Assembly (NCBI GenBank): GCA_964016885.1
Contig: OZ024741.1
Coordinates: forward strand, 18,166,001 to 18,230,000
DNA: 64,000 nt
DNA from: Eledone cirrhosa
Taxonomy: Eukaryota
Direction: 5' to 3'
In this document: in pieces, positions 10,998-22,072 of the stretch
Numbering within the stretch: the first letter of the stretch is position 1
How the letters are laid out: the number at the start of each line of letters is the position of its first letter
The notes under the pieces: model-generated
What the model was told of the DNA's origin: nothing
What the model saw: the letters and a program-made list of their open reading frames with translations, nothing else
Database searches by the model: none
Position numbers and translations under genes: made by a program

Positions 10998-13900
10998 CTA
11001 CAGGCTGAGGTAGAGAGAAGGACCATTCACACGGACCATTCTCGCAACTTTCACCCACCTTTCATAAAACTGGCTGGAGTGGAGCACCTCTCTCTCCATC
11101 CCGATTCTTCTTCCGAAATGGTATCGGAAGAAAAGGACCAGTTGTTGGCCGGAGAGAAAGGTGTCCGACCTCAGCCCTTTCAGACGCGTCCACCATATAG
11201 CCTTTTTAGCATGGCTATTACACAGAGGAAGACCGCCTCTCCTTCATTTTTGAAGGCGGGAGGCGGTTTGATCGTTACAATGGACTCGGTGGTCAACCTA
11301 ATTGGTCACACCCGTGATAGCAGTTGTTCGACATAGCCCCACAGATCGGCAACGCCCGGGCAGTGCACCAATGCGTGCGCGACGGTTTCCTCGTCGCGCA
11401 CGCATCTGGGACAGATCTTTTTCGAGGGGTCCCTACCCGGCGCCCGTGTCTGTAGAGCTTATCCCGAACGGGCTGAGCCCCTCGGTAGCACTGCCAGGCC
11501 AAGGACTTCTGGAAGTTGTCCATAGGTCCCGGGCTGAAAGTCCTACCGAATAGATTGGCCAGTTCGTCCTCCTCCATGCCTAGGGCTTCTCCGAGGGCGT
11601 CGTCGCACCCGCTAACCACCAGCCCTCTATAGAATGACGAGGTGGAGTCTCCGTCGATAGCCGGGTCCGCCTGCCAGAGAGCCGTGAGCGCCTGGGCACA
11701 CACGGTGTGCCAGTCGCCCAGTTTTCTTGGTCTTTGCTTCACCCAGGACTGCAGCTCGGTGAGCGAGACGAGCCTCGGGAAGGCTCGCGTCACAAACGGG
11801 GCCCACACCGGTTGACCGGTGAGGAATACCTGGAGGTGCCTTAGCCTCAATGCGTGTTTACGCATTTTTAGCCACGGCATCCCCAGCCCTCCTTTCAAAG
11901 GGTGTTGACAGCAGAAGGATCTCCTCACCAGAGGAGACCTCTTCTTCCAAATAAAATAGGGCGCGCTCCATTTTGGCGAGGATCTCACCCGGGCAAGGCA
12001 CGACAGTCAAGCGGTAATAGATGACGGACGCTATGTAAGCGTTCGCCACCTCCGCCCGACCTTTCAGGGATAGTTTGCACTCGTCCCACTTCTGGGTCAG
12101 TGCAAACACCCTATTCGTCACCTCACCCCAGTTTTTCTCCACCTGGAGGTCCGGTCCGAACCAGACCCCAAGCAACTTCACCGGGCCCTCCGTCCACTGT
12201 CCGACGATGCCGTCGCACGACATCGCTTTGCCTCTCCACTCGCCGAGTTGCAAAGCGACTGACTTGTCCCGGTTCAGCTTAGCCCCTGTCAACCTTTCGT
12301 ACTCCTCCAGTAAGGTGCCGATCGCCCCGATTTCGGAGGCCGTCGACACCATTACTGTCACGTTATCGGCGTAGGCCGACAGCGCTTTCCGCAATCCCGG
12401 TTCCAAAGGGATGCCCTGCAACGACTCCAACTTCCTCAGTAGTGGCTCGAGAGTCAATACATACAGAACGGAGAAGAGAGGGCACCCTTGTCGGATGGAC
12501 CGCGCGATTTCGAACGGCTCCGAGAGGTAGCCGTTCACCTTGACTCTAGAGCAGATGCGGCTGCTGTGCATAGCAGTGACCCAGCCCCTGAAAACGGGTC
12601 CGAACCCAGCCGCCGCTAGCACCGCATCCAGGTAACCATGGTCCACCCTATCGAACGCTTTAGACTGATCTAAATTTATCAGGGCCCCACCAAAGCCGGG
12701 TTCGTTCCCAACCCTCTCTATGATGTATCGCATGAGGTGGAGGTTGTCGTGGATGGACCTGGACGGGATAGCGCATGTCTGCGCATCTCCCACCAGACCC
12801 CCCACGACAAGCGCCAACCTCTTCGCTAACACCTTCGCCAAAATCTTTAACTCTGCATTTAGCAGTTATGGGATTAAAATTACTAATGTCATCCCCCTTG
12901 TTCTCGTCCTTCCTCACTAGCGAGACTACGCCCTTGGTCACAGAACAGGGAATTCTCCCGTTCTGTTGCCAGTTGCAGTAGACCGCCTCGAGGAGATCGG
13001 GGAACAAGTCCGGCATATTAATATATAGTTCGTAGGGCAGACCATCGAGTCCTGGAGATTTGCGTTTGCCGCATAGGCTCGGCACGTCCCCTATTTCAGC
13101 AGCTGAGATCGGCCCGTCGCAGGACCTCGCCTCCCTGTCCGAAAGACGCGGCAGGCCGTCGAGGTATGGACCGAAATCCACATCTCCAATCGGCTCCCCG
13201 CCCCTCCCGAACAATTGAGCAAAGTGCCTTTGAAAGGCCTCGCACATTTGCTTAGGTTCAAGGATCAGCCGTCCATCCTGGTCTCGCAAAGACCGGATAG
13301 TGGATTTAATCCCACTTTTCGCTTCTGTCACGCGGGCCCAGCTAACAGCTTTGGTCCCCTCGTTTCCCAGAGCACGTATTTTGCTTCGGACAACGCAGCC
13401 TTCGTGTTTCGCGTCGAAGAACTGGTTCAAGACCGTTCTCGACGCGTGCACTCTGGCCACGTTGCCGCTTCTCATTGCCTCTTCAACATTAACTACCAAC
13501 TCCCTTTCCTTCCTATTTCTATCTGAGGCTAACTCCTTACTAACTCCTATTGAAACTACTCTAATCTCTCTTTTTAGAGAGCCCCACCACCTGTTGTTGA
13601 CGATGGCGCCCGTCAACTGCTCCTTAACTAAGGTTCTAATCCGGTCCCTGTAAGCTCTACTTGCCGGTAAGGACAAGTTGAGCTTCCAGTAACCGGGCCC
13701 CTGCCTATGCGTTCTATCAAGGTGGACTACGCAGGTCACTAACTTGTGGTCTGAATAGCCCACCATGAGCATTTCTGGACAACTTAAAAGGTCCCTATCC
13801 TTAATTCTAACTAAGAACCTATCTAGGTACGATCTAGATTGACCACTGTTATTTGACCAGGTCCAGGTTGGTACAGTCGGAAAATCTAGTCGGTATCTAT

Positions 13901-14426
13901 CGGCCAGGTCGAATCGGCCGATTAACCCCTTAAGGCTGTTACACCCCCCTCTATCGGGACATGCCCCTACATAGTCCCAACGTGCATCTAGGATACCATT
14001 CCAGTCCCCCACTAAAAGCAAGGAGCGGGACGTCCCTAGAAAAGTCTCCAGACGATGGAAGAAGTCCGACCGCATTGCCCCAAAAGGGGCGTATACGGCG
14101 ACAAGCCTAAAAGCTTCGCCTTCGCCATTGCCAAGGTCCAGAACCACGAGTCGACCCTCCGGGTCCAAGTGTACCGTCTGTGTAGCGAGACCCAGATGTT
14201 TTTGCAGCAGAACGACAACCCCACCCCCACCTCCAGGCTGACAGAGAGATGCGTGCATCTCAAAGTCATCAAAGGTGGGGGTTAGCTGTCGCATGCTGCT
14301 GATCCGGGCCTCGCAAATAACCATCACATTTACACATTGTGACCTGAGGTCACTTAGAAGTTTAGCTTGCTTCCAAGGTGAGCCCAGGCCACGCGCATTT
14401 AGACAACCTACTCTTAAGACAGCCAT
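10998..14426 (-). pseudogene. Frameshifted ORF2 (APE endonuclease-RT) of copy C
   Basis: ORFs 12660-14426, 11858-12841 and 11293-11988 are consecutive pieces of the 1145-aa protein of copy D. Confidence 0.9.
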
Positions 14427-14449
14427 GTTGGTGGCAAAGAAAGAGGCAC

Positions 14450-16207
14450 TTACCTCTCTGCGTCCCGGGGTTCGGGTCGCTCAGTTTCCATGGGGCTGGT
14501 GGAGGGGTTGATGGGTGGGGTGGTGGTTTGTGGTGGTGTGGGGGTATTAGTGTGCGGAGGGGTTGGGATCTTTGGAGTTGTGTGGGTGTTTGAGGAGGGG
14601 AGGGGAAAACCTTTCAGGAGGACGCGGTTGAGTGGCCTGGTGCAGGGTGGGCCCACGTCCTCAGGGTACATGTCTTTTAAAGTTTTGAAAATGTCAAGTG
14701 GGATTTTCACCATTTTCAGGTTAGGGAGCCCCATTGCCGTTACGAAATTCGGCCCTTCGGTTTGTATCGAAGGGTTGGTTTCTATTTTTAAAGTTAGGTT
14801 TTCATTGTTTTTGTTTATGTATGTGTAGAGTTTTTGTGTTGTTGTGTTTGTTTTTGCTTGTTGTTGTTGAGTGAGTTTGCGTTTTATTGTCTGTGTTGTG
14901 TTGTCAGGTGGGGTTATTTTTGTTTGTGTGGTGTGTGTACGTTTTTTTCTTTTCACATTTTGGAAGGGAGCCCCCTCGTCTTCCGACGATATGAGCTCCT
15001 CTTCCGTATTGGAGGGGAGGGGTATATCTCCGGGTTGTGTATGAACTGTTTTTGTATTTGTGTTCTGTGGGGTGGGGCTGGGTGGGACCGTGTTTTGGAT
15101 TGTTTTCTTGAGCTGTTGTTGATGTTGTTGTTGTTGTGGTGGTGGTGGTGGTGGTGTTGTTGGTTTTTGTTGTTCTGGTGGTGATGGTAGTGTATTTTGT
15201 TGTTTTTGTGATGGTGGTGCTGGTTGTTTTTGTTGTTGTTGTGGTGTTTGTAGCAGTGGTTTTTTTGTTGTTAGTAGAGGGCAGGCCGTCCTCAGGTGAC
15301 CTCTGCCAGCGCAGTGGTAACATGAGGGTCTCCTGCCTTCCACCGTGATATTTATGTAGGTTCGCCCATCCAGTAGCACTCGGTCGGGTATTCCGGAGAT
15401 TCTCTCAGGTGTCATCTGTAAGAGAACCTCCAGACTTTTCCCCCCGAACAGTCCACTGGTGGACTCCCCTGCTGAAATTAGTATGTCCTTATCTAGGTCG
15501 GTAAATCCTGTTAGGACGGACCAGATGTTAATTACTGGCGTAGGGCTCCACATTCTTATCCTTTGTGTTCTTCTTCCTTTATATGTGGGGAAGAAGGTGT
15601 ATTGTGGTGACACTATAGGTGCCACCGAATATTTCTGAGCCAGCATTTCGTCCTTCATTCGGACCATAATGCTGGCATACAGCTTTCCTCTTTGAATAAA
15701 GAGTATATCATTTTTAATTTCTTTCAGAACCAGCTCGATTTGACTTTCGGTCAATTGCGCTGGCTTTCTCGTTTCGTTGGTTATGGTTCTGAAGCTTACG
15801 GTATTCTTGTAAATCTGTTCACGCACTTCTTCTGGGGAGTTGATCGTAAAAGAACCATCCTCTCCAAAAGATACGTATTTTCTAGCCTCTAGCAAATTTT
15901 CCTTGGCGTTCGTGATGTCAATGGCTTTGTATTCCGTGGCTCTCCTGAGTGTTTGGGCAAAAGAAATTTTGTCTTTGTTTGTTGTTGTAATGTTGTTGGT
16001 TTCCTTATTTGTGGTGTTATTTTTTTCTTGAAAATTAATTTTTTCATTTGAATTGAAATTCTTTTTTTCATTGGAGAGGAGGGGTTGTTCAACAGTTTGA
16101 ACTGTTGTTCCCTCTTTCCCGCTTGTTTTTTTGGTCGGCGTGGCGTTCGCTTCCAATATGGCGATATCGTTTTCGACGATATCGTTATCAACGATATCGA
16201 TAAACAT
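14450..16207 (-). CDS. ORF1 nucleic-acid-binding protein of copy C
   Basis: 585 aa with CCHC knuckle CYHCAGRGHLRTAC and a Q/P/T-rich tail. Nearly identical to 20140-21897. Confidence 0.9.
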   Translation of the reverse strand: MFIDIVDNDIVENDIAILEANATPTKKTSGKEGTTVQTVEQPLLSNEKKNFNSNEKINFQEKNNTTNKETNNITTTNKDKISFAQTLRRATEYKAIDITNAKENLLEARKYVSFGEDGSFTINSPEEVREQIYKNTVSFRTITNETRKPAQLTESQIELVLKEIKNDILFIQRGKLYASIMVRMKDEMLAQKYSVAPIVSPQYTFFPTYKGRRTQRIRMWSPTPVINIWSVLTGFTDLDKDILISAGESTSGLFGGKSLEVLLQMTPERISGIPDRVLLDGRTYINITVEGRRPSCYHCAGRGHLRTACPLLTTKKPLLQTPQQQQKQPAPPSQKQQNTLPSPPEQQKPTTPPPPPPQQQQHQQQLKKTIQNTVPPSPTPQNTNTKTVHTQPGDIPLPSNTEEELISSEDEGAPFQNVKRKKRTHTTQTKITPPDNTTQTIKRKLTQQQQAKTNTTTQKLYTYINKNNENLTLKIETNPSIQTEGPNFVTAMGLPNLKMVKIPLDIFKTLKDMYPEDVGPPCTRPLNRVLLKGFPLPSSNTHTTPKIPTPPHTNTPTPPQTTTPPINPSTSPMETERPEPRDAER

Positions 16208-16678
16208 TTCTGAAATATTTATTTTTCACCCCAAAAGGGGTGAAAATATATTTACCCGACGTCTAGAGTCCCAGACTAGGGGTTACAGTTAATTATACAA
16301 AAGAATTCAAAAAAATCCACTCACAAAATTAGCAGGTAAAAATCCAAATCACAGAGCGATATGACACACGTCTACTATCCTCAGACAGACAGACAGACAG
16401 ATAGACTGACAGACAGATAGACTGACAGACAGATAGACTGACAGACAGATAGACAAATTTCTGTTTATTTGCCACTAGGGCACAAAAGAAAGGGACATGT
16501 ACATGGGTGGGGGGAGTTTACATAAAAATCGAGTAAGAAAAATATAACAAACAAAATAATAACAAGAAGGTCCTCAATAGGGAGGGATCGTTTTGGGGTC
16601 ACACACACCCCCGAAAAAAGTGTGCGACCCTTCTCCACGGGAGCACAAAGAGAGGGTGCTCCCTCCTTTCTGTTCCAC

Positions 16679-19600
16679 CTACAGGCTGAGGTAGAGAGAA
16701 GGCCCATTCACACGGGCCATTCTCGCAACTTTCACCCACCTTTCATAAAACTGGCTGGAGTGGAGCACCTCTCTCTCCATCCTGATCCTTCTTCCGAAAT
16801 GGTATCGGAAGAAAAGGACCAGTTGTTGGCCGGAGAGAAAGGTGTCCGACCTCAGCCCTTTCAGACGCGTCCACCATATAGCCTCTTTTACCATGGCTAT
16901 TACACAGAGGAAGACCGCCTCTCCTTCATTTTTGAAGGGGGGAGGCGGCTTGATCGTTACAATGGACTCGGTGGTCAACCTAATTGGTCCCACCCGTGAC
17001 AGCAGTCGTTCGACATAGCCCCACAGATCGGCAACGCCCGGGCAGTGCACCAATGCGTGCGCGACGGTTTCCTCGTCGCGCACGCATCTGGGACAGATCT
17101 TTTTCGAGGGGTCCCTACCCGGGCGCCCGTGTCTGTAGAGCTTATCCCGAACGGGCAGAGCCCCTCGGTAGCACTGCCAGGCCAAGGACTTCTGGAAGTT
17201 GTCCATAGGTCCCGGGCCGAAAGTCCTACCGAATAGACTGGCCAGTTCGTCCTCCTCCATGCCTAGGGCTTCTCCGAGGGCGTCGTCGCACCCGCTAACC
17301 ACCAGCCCTCTATAGAATGACGAGGTGGAGTCTCCGTCGATAGCCGGGTCCGCCTGCCAGAGAGCCGTGAGCGCCTGGGCACACTCGGTGTGCCAGTCGC
17401 CCAGTTTTCTCGGTCTTTGCTTCACCCAGGACTGCAGCTCGGTGAGCGAGACGAGCCTCGGGAAGGCTCGCCTCACAAACGGGGCCCACACCGGTTGACC
17501 GGTGAGGAATACGTGGAGGTGCCTTAGCCTCAATGCGTGTTTACGCATTTTTAGCCACGGCATCCCCAGCCCTCCTTTCAAAGGGTGTTGACAGCAGATG
17601 GATCTCCTCACTAGAGGAGACCTCTTCTTCCAAAGGAAATAAAAGAGGGCGCGCTCCATTTTGGCGAGGATCTCACCCGGGCAAGGCACGACAGTCAAGC
17701 GGTAATAGATGACGGACGCTATGTAAGCGTTCGCCACCTCCGCCCGACCTTTTAGGGATAGTTTGCACTCGGCCCACTTCTGGGTCAGTGCAAACACCCT
17801 ATTCGTCACCTCACCCCAGTTTTTCTCCACCTGGAGGTCCGGTCCGAACCAGACCCCAAGCAACTTCACCGGGCCCTCCGTCCACCGTCCGACGATACCG
17901 TCGCACGACATCGCTTTGCCCCTCCACTCGCCGAGTTGCAAAGCGACTGACTTGTCCCGGTTCAGCTTAGCCCCTGTCAACCTTTCGTACTCCTCTAGTA
18001 AGGTGCCGATTGCCTCGATTTCCGAGGCGGTCGACACCATTACTGTTACGTTATCGGCGTAGGCCGACACCGCTTTGCGCAATCCCGGTTCCAAAGGGAT
18101 GCCCTGCAACAACTCCAACTTCCGCAGTAATGGCTCGAGAGTCAACACATACAGAAGGGAGGAGAGAGGGCACCCCTGTCGGATGGAGCGGGTGATTTCG
18201 AACGGCTCCGAAAGGTAGCCGTTCACCTTGACTCTAGAGCAGATGCGGCTGCTGTGCATGGCAGTGATCCAGCCCCTGAAAACGGGTCCGAACCCAGCCG
18301 CCGCTAGCACCGCATCCAGGTAACCATGGTCCACCCTATCGAACGCTTTAGACTGATCTAAATTTATCAGGGCCCCACCAAAGCCGGGTTCGTTCCCAAC
18401 CCTCTCTATGATGTATCGCATGAGGTGGAGGTTGTCGTGGATGGACCTGGACGGGATAGCGCATGTCTGCGCATCTCCCACCAGGCCCCCCACGACAAGC
18501 GCCAACCTCTTCGCTAACACCTTCGCCAAAATCTTTAACTCTGCATTTAGCAGAGTTATGGGCCTAAAATTACTAATGTCATCCCCCTTGTTCTCGTCCT
18601 TCCTCACTAGCGAGACTACGCCCTTGGTCACAGAACAGGGAATTCTCCCGTTCTGTTGCCAGTTGCAGTAGACCGCCTCGAGGAGATCGGGGAACAAGTC
18701 CGGCATATTAATATATAGTTCGTAGGGCAGACCATCGAGTCCTGGAGATTTGCGTTTGCCGCATAGGCTCAGCAAGTCCCCTATTTCAGCAGCTGAGATC
18801 GGCCCGTCGCAGGACCTCGCCTCCCTGTCCGAAAGACGCGGCAGGCCGTCGAGGTATGGACCGAAATCCACATCTCCAACCGGCTCCCCGCCCCTCCCGA
18901 ACAATTGGGCAAAGTGCCTTTGAAAGGCCTCGCACATTTGCTTAGGTTCAAGGATTAGCCGTCCATCCTGGTCTCGCAAAGACCGGATAGTGGATTTAAT
19001 CCCACTTTTCGCTTCTGTCACGCGGGCCCAGCTAACAGCTTTGGTCCCCTCGTTTCCCAGAGCACGTATTTTGCTTCGGACAACGCAGCCTTCGTGTTTC
19101 GCGTCGAAGAACTGGTTCAAGACCGTTCTCGACGCTTGCACTCTGGCCACGTTGCCGCTTCTCATTGCCTCTTCAACATTAACTACCAACTCCCTTTCCT
19201 TCCTATTTCTATCTGAGGCTAACTCCTTACTAACTCCTATTGAAACTACTCTAATCTCTCTTTTTAGAGAGCCCCACCACCTGTTGTTGACGATGGCGCC
19301 CGTCAACTGCTCCTTAACTAAGGTTCTAATCCGGTCCCTGTAAGCTCTACTTGCCGGTAAGGACAAGTTGAGCTTCCAGTAACCGGGCCCCTGCCTATGC
19401 GTTCTATCAAGGTGGACTACGCAGGTCACTAACTTGTGGTCTGAATAGCCCACCATGAGCATTTCTGGACAACTTAAAAAGTCCCTATCCTTAATTCTAA
19501 CTAAGAACCTATCTAGGTACGATCTAGATTGACCACTGTTATTTGACCAGGTCCAGGTTGGTACAGTCGGAAAATCTAGTCGGTATCTATCGGCCAGGTC

Positions 19601-20116
19601 GAATCGGCCGATTAACCCCTTAAGGCTGTTACACCCCCCTCTATCGGGACATGCCCCTACATAGTCCCAACGTGCATCTAGGATACCATTCCAGTCCCCC
19701 ACTAAAAGCAAGGAGCGGGACGTCCCTAGAAAAGTCTCCAGACGATGGAAGAAGTCCGACCGCATTGCCCCAAAAGGGGCGTATACGGCGACAAGCCTAA
19801 AAGCTTCGCCTTCGCCATTGCCAAGGTCCAGAACCACGAGTCGACCCTCCGGGTCCAAGTGTACCGTCTGTGTAGCGAGACCCAGATGTTTTTGCAGCAG
19901 AACGACAACCCCACCCCCACCTCCAGGCTGACAGAGAGATGCGTGCATCTCAAAGTCATCAAAGGTGGGGGTTAGCTGTCGCATGCTGCTGATCCGGGCC
20001 TCGCAAATAACCATCACATTTACACATTGTGACCTGAGGTCACTTAGAAGTTTAGCTTGCTTCCAAGGTGAGCCCAGGCCACGCGCATTTAGACAACCCA
20101 CTCTTAAGACAGCCAT
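16679..20116 (-). CDS. ORF2: apurinic-like endonuclease, reverse transcriptase and C-terminal zinc finger
   Basis: 1145 aa. APE motifs LNARGL, VYAP, VGDWN, YLDRF, SDH. RT motifs SPGLDG, FRPITLLN, LDQSKAFD, RQGCPLS, YADN, LLGVWF. L1/Tx1-type GGLG motif and CPRC..ET..H..HC finger. Confidence 0.96.
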   Translation of the reverse strand: MAVLRVGCLNARGLGSPWKQAKLLSDLRSQCVNVMVICEARISSMRQLTPTFDDFEMHASLCQPGGGGGVVVLLQKHLGLATQTVHLDPEGRLVVLDLGNGEGEAFRLVAVYAPFGAMRSDFFHRLETFLGTSRSLLLVGDWNGILDARWDYVGACPDRGGCNSLKGLIGRFDLADRYRLDFPTVPTWTWSNNSGQSRSYLDRFLVRIKDRDFLSCPEMLMVGYSDHKLVTCVVHLDRTHRQGPGYWKLNLSLPASRAYRDRIRTLVKEQLTGAIVNNRWWGSLKREIRVVSIGVSKELASDRNRKERELVVNVEEAMRSGNVARVQASRTVLNQFFDAKHEGCVVRSKIRALGNEGTKAVSWARVTEAKSGIKSTIRSLRDQDGRLILEPKQMCEAFQRHFAQLFGRGGEPVGDVDFGPYLDGLPRLSDREARSCDGPISAAEIGDLLSLCGKRKSPGLDGLPYELYINMPDLFPDLLEAVYCNWQQNGRIPCSVTKGVVSLVRKDENKGDDISNFRPITLLNAELKILAKVLAKRLALVVGGLVGDAQTCAIPSRSIHDNLHLMRYIIERVGNEPGFGGALINLDQSKAFDRVDHGYLDAVLAAAGFGPVFRGWITAMHSSRICSRVKVNGYLSEPFEITRSIRQGCPLSSLLYVLTLEPLLRKLELLQGIPLEPGLRKAVSAYADNVTVMVSTASEIEAIGTLLEEYERLTGAKLNRDKSVALQLGEWRGKAMSCDGIVGRWTEGPVKLLGVWFGPDLQVEKNWGEVTNRVFALTQKWAECKLSLKGRAEVANAYIASVIYYRLTVVPCPGEILAKMERALFYFLWKKRSPLVRRSICCQHPLKGGLGMPWLKMRKHALRLRHLHVFLTGQPVWAPFVRRAFPRLVSLTELQSWVKQRPRKLGDWHTECAQALTALWQADPAIDGDSTSSFYRGLVVSGCDDALGEALGMEEDELASLFGRTFGPGPMDNFQKSLAWQCYRGALPVRDKLYRHGRPGRDPSKKICPRCVRDEETVAHALVHCPGVADLWGYVERLLSRVGPIRLTTESIVTIKPPPPFKNEGEAVFLCVIAMVKEAIWWTRLKGLRSDTFLSGQQLVLFFRYHFGRRIRMEREVLHSSQFYERWVKVARMARVNGPSLYLSL

Positions 20117-20139
20117 GTTGGTGACAAAGAAAGAGGCAC

Positions 20140-21897
20140 TTACCTCTCTGCGTCCCGGGGTTCGGGTCGCTCAGTTTCCATGGGGCTGGTGGAGGGGTTG
20201 ATGGGTGGGGTGGTGGTTTGTGGTGGTGTGGGGGTATTAGTGTGTGGAGGGGTTGGGATCTTTGGAGTTGTGTGGGTGTTTGAGGAGGGGAGGGGAAAAC
20301 CTTTCAGGAGGACGCGGTTGAGTGGCCTGGTGCAGGGTGGGCCCACGTCCTCAGGGTACATGTCTTTTAAAGTTTTGAAAATGTCAAGTGGGATTTTCAC
20401 CATTTTCAGGTTAGGGAGCCCCATTGCCGTTACGAAATTCGGCCCTTCGGTTTGTATCGAAGGGTTGGTTTCTATTTTTAAAGTTAGGTTTTCATTGTTT
20501 TTGTTTATGTATGTGTAGAGTTTTTGTGTTGTTGTGTTTGTTTTTGCTTGTTGTTGTTGAGTGAGTTTGCGTTTTATTGTCTGTGTTGTGTTGTCAGGTG
20601 GGGTTATTTTTGTTGTTGTGGTGTGTGTACGTTTTTTTCTTTTCACTTTTTGGAAGGGAGCCCCCTCGTCTTCCGACGATATGAGCTCCTCTTCCGTATT
20701 GGAGGGGAGGGGTATATCTCCGGGTTGTGTATGAACTGTTTTTGTATTTGTGTTCTGTGGGGTGGGGCTGGGTGGGACCGTGTTTTGGGTTGTTTTCTTG
20801 AGCTGTTGTTGATGTTGTTGTTGTTGTGGTGGTGGTGGTGGTGGTGTTGTTGGTTTTTGTTGTTCTGGTGGAGATGGTAGTGTATTTTGTTGTTTTTGTG
20901 ATGGTGGTGCTGGTTGTTTTTGTTGTTGTTGTGGTGTTTGTAGCAGTGGTTTTTTAGTCTTTAGTAGAGGGCAGGCCGTCCTCAGGTGACCTCTGCCAGC
21001 GCAGTGGTAACATGAGGGTCTCCTGCCTTCCACTGTGATATTTATGTAGGTTCGCCCATCCAGTAGCACTCGGTCGGGTATTCCGGAGATTCTCTCAGGT
21101 GTCATCTGTAAGAGAACCTCCAGACTTTTCCCCCCGAACAGTCCACTGGTGGACTCCCCTGCTGAAATTAGTATGTCCTTATCTAGGTCGGTAAATCCTG
21201 TTAGGACGGACCAGATGTTAATTTCTGGCGTAGGGCTCCACATTCTTATCCTTTGTGTTCTTCTTCCTTTATATGTGGGGAAGAAGGTGTATTGTGGTGA
21301 CACTATAGGTGCCACCGAATATTTCTGAGCCAGCATTTCGTCCTTCATTCGGACCATAATGCTGGCATACAGCTTTCCTCTTTGAATAAAGAGTATATCA
21401 TTTTTAATTTCTTTCAGAACCAGCTCGATTTGACTTTCGGTCAATTGCGCTGGCTTTCTCGTTTCGTTGGTTATGGTTCTGAAGCTTACGGTATTCTTGT
21501 AAATCTGTTCACGCACTTCTTCTGGGGAGTTGATCGTAAAAGAACCATCCTCCCCAAAAGATACGTATTTTCTAGCCTCTAGCAAATTTTCCTTGGCGTT
21601 CGTGATGTCAATGGCTTTGTATTCCGTGGCTCTCCTGAGTGTTTGGGCAAAAGAAATTTTGTCTTTGTTTGTTGTTGTAATGTTGTTGGTTTCCTTATTT
21701 GTGGTGTTATTTTTTTCTTGAAAATTAATTTTTTCATTTGAATTGAAATTCTTTTTTTCATTGGAGAGGAGGGGTTGTTCAACAGTTTGAACTGTTGTTC
21801 CCTCTTTCCCGCTTGTTTTTTTGGTCGGCGTGGCGTTCGCTTCCAATATGGCGATATCGTTTTCGACGATATCGTTATCAACGATATCGATAAACAT
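20140..21897 (-). CDS. ORF1 gag-like nucleic-acid-binding protein of copy D
   Basis: 585 aa with a CX2CX4HX4C knuckle, located upstream of ORF2. Confidence 0.92.
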   Translation of the reverse strand: MFIDIVDNDIVENDIAILEANATPTKKTSGKEGTTVQTVEQPLLSNEKKNFNSNEKINFQEKNNTTNKETNNITTTNKDKISFAQTLRRATEYKAIDITNAKENLLEARKYVSFGEDGSFTINSPEEVREQIYKNTVSFRTITNETRKPAQLTESQIELVLKEIKNDILFIQRGKLYASIMVRMKDEMLAQKYSVAPIVSPQYTFFPTYKGRRTQRIRMWSPTPEINIWSVLTGFTDLDKDILISAGESTSGLFGGKSLEVLLQMTPERISGIPDRVLLDGRTYINITVEGRRPSCYHCAGRGHLRTACPLLKTKKPLLQTPQQQQKQPAPPSQKQQNTLPSPPEQQKPTTPPPPPPQQQQHQQQLKKTTQNTVPPSPTPQNTNTKTVHTQPGDIPLPSNTEEELISSEDEGAPFQKVKRKKRTHTTTTKITPPDNTTQTIKRKLTQQQQAKTNTTTQKLYTYINKNNENLTLKIETNPSIQTEGPNFVTAMGLPNLKMVKIPLDIFKTLKDMYPEDVGPPCTRPLNRVLLKGFPLPSSNTHTTPKIPTPPHTNTPTPPQTTTPPINPSTSPMETERPEPRDAER

Positions 21898-22072
21898 TTC
21901 TGAAATATTTATTTTTCACCCCAAAAGGGGTGAAAATATATTTACCCGACGTCTAGAGTCCCAGACTAGGGGTTACAGTTAATTATACAAAAGAATTCAA
22001 AAAAATCCACTCACAAAATTAGCAGGTAAAAATCCAAATCACAGAGCGATATGACACACGTCTACTATCCTC

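Larger units (their letters stand above)
10775..16382 (-). mobile_element. Tx1-clade retrotransposon copy C, full length (about 5.6 kb), ORF2 frameshifted
   Basis: Same 5' end, ORF1 and 3' end as copy D. Small deletions near 12865, 11950, 11440 and 11205. Confidence 0.95.
16455..22072 (-). mobile_element. Tx1-clade retrotransposon copy D, full length, both ORFs intact
   Basis: 5' UTR about 175 bp, ORF1, 23-bp spacer, ORF2, 3' UTR with AATAAA. Flanked by (GATAGACTGACAGACA)-type repeats. Confidence 0.96.
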
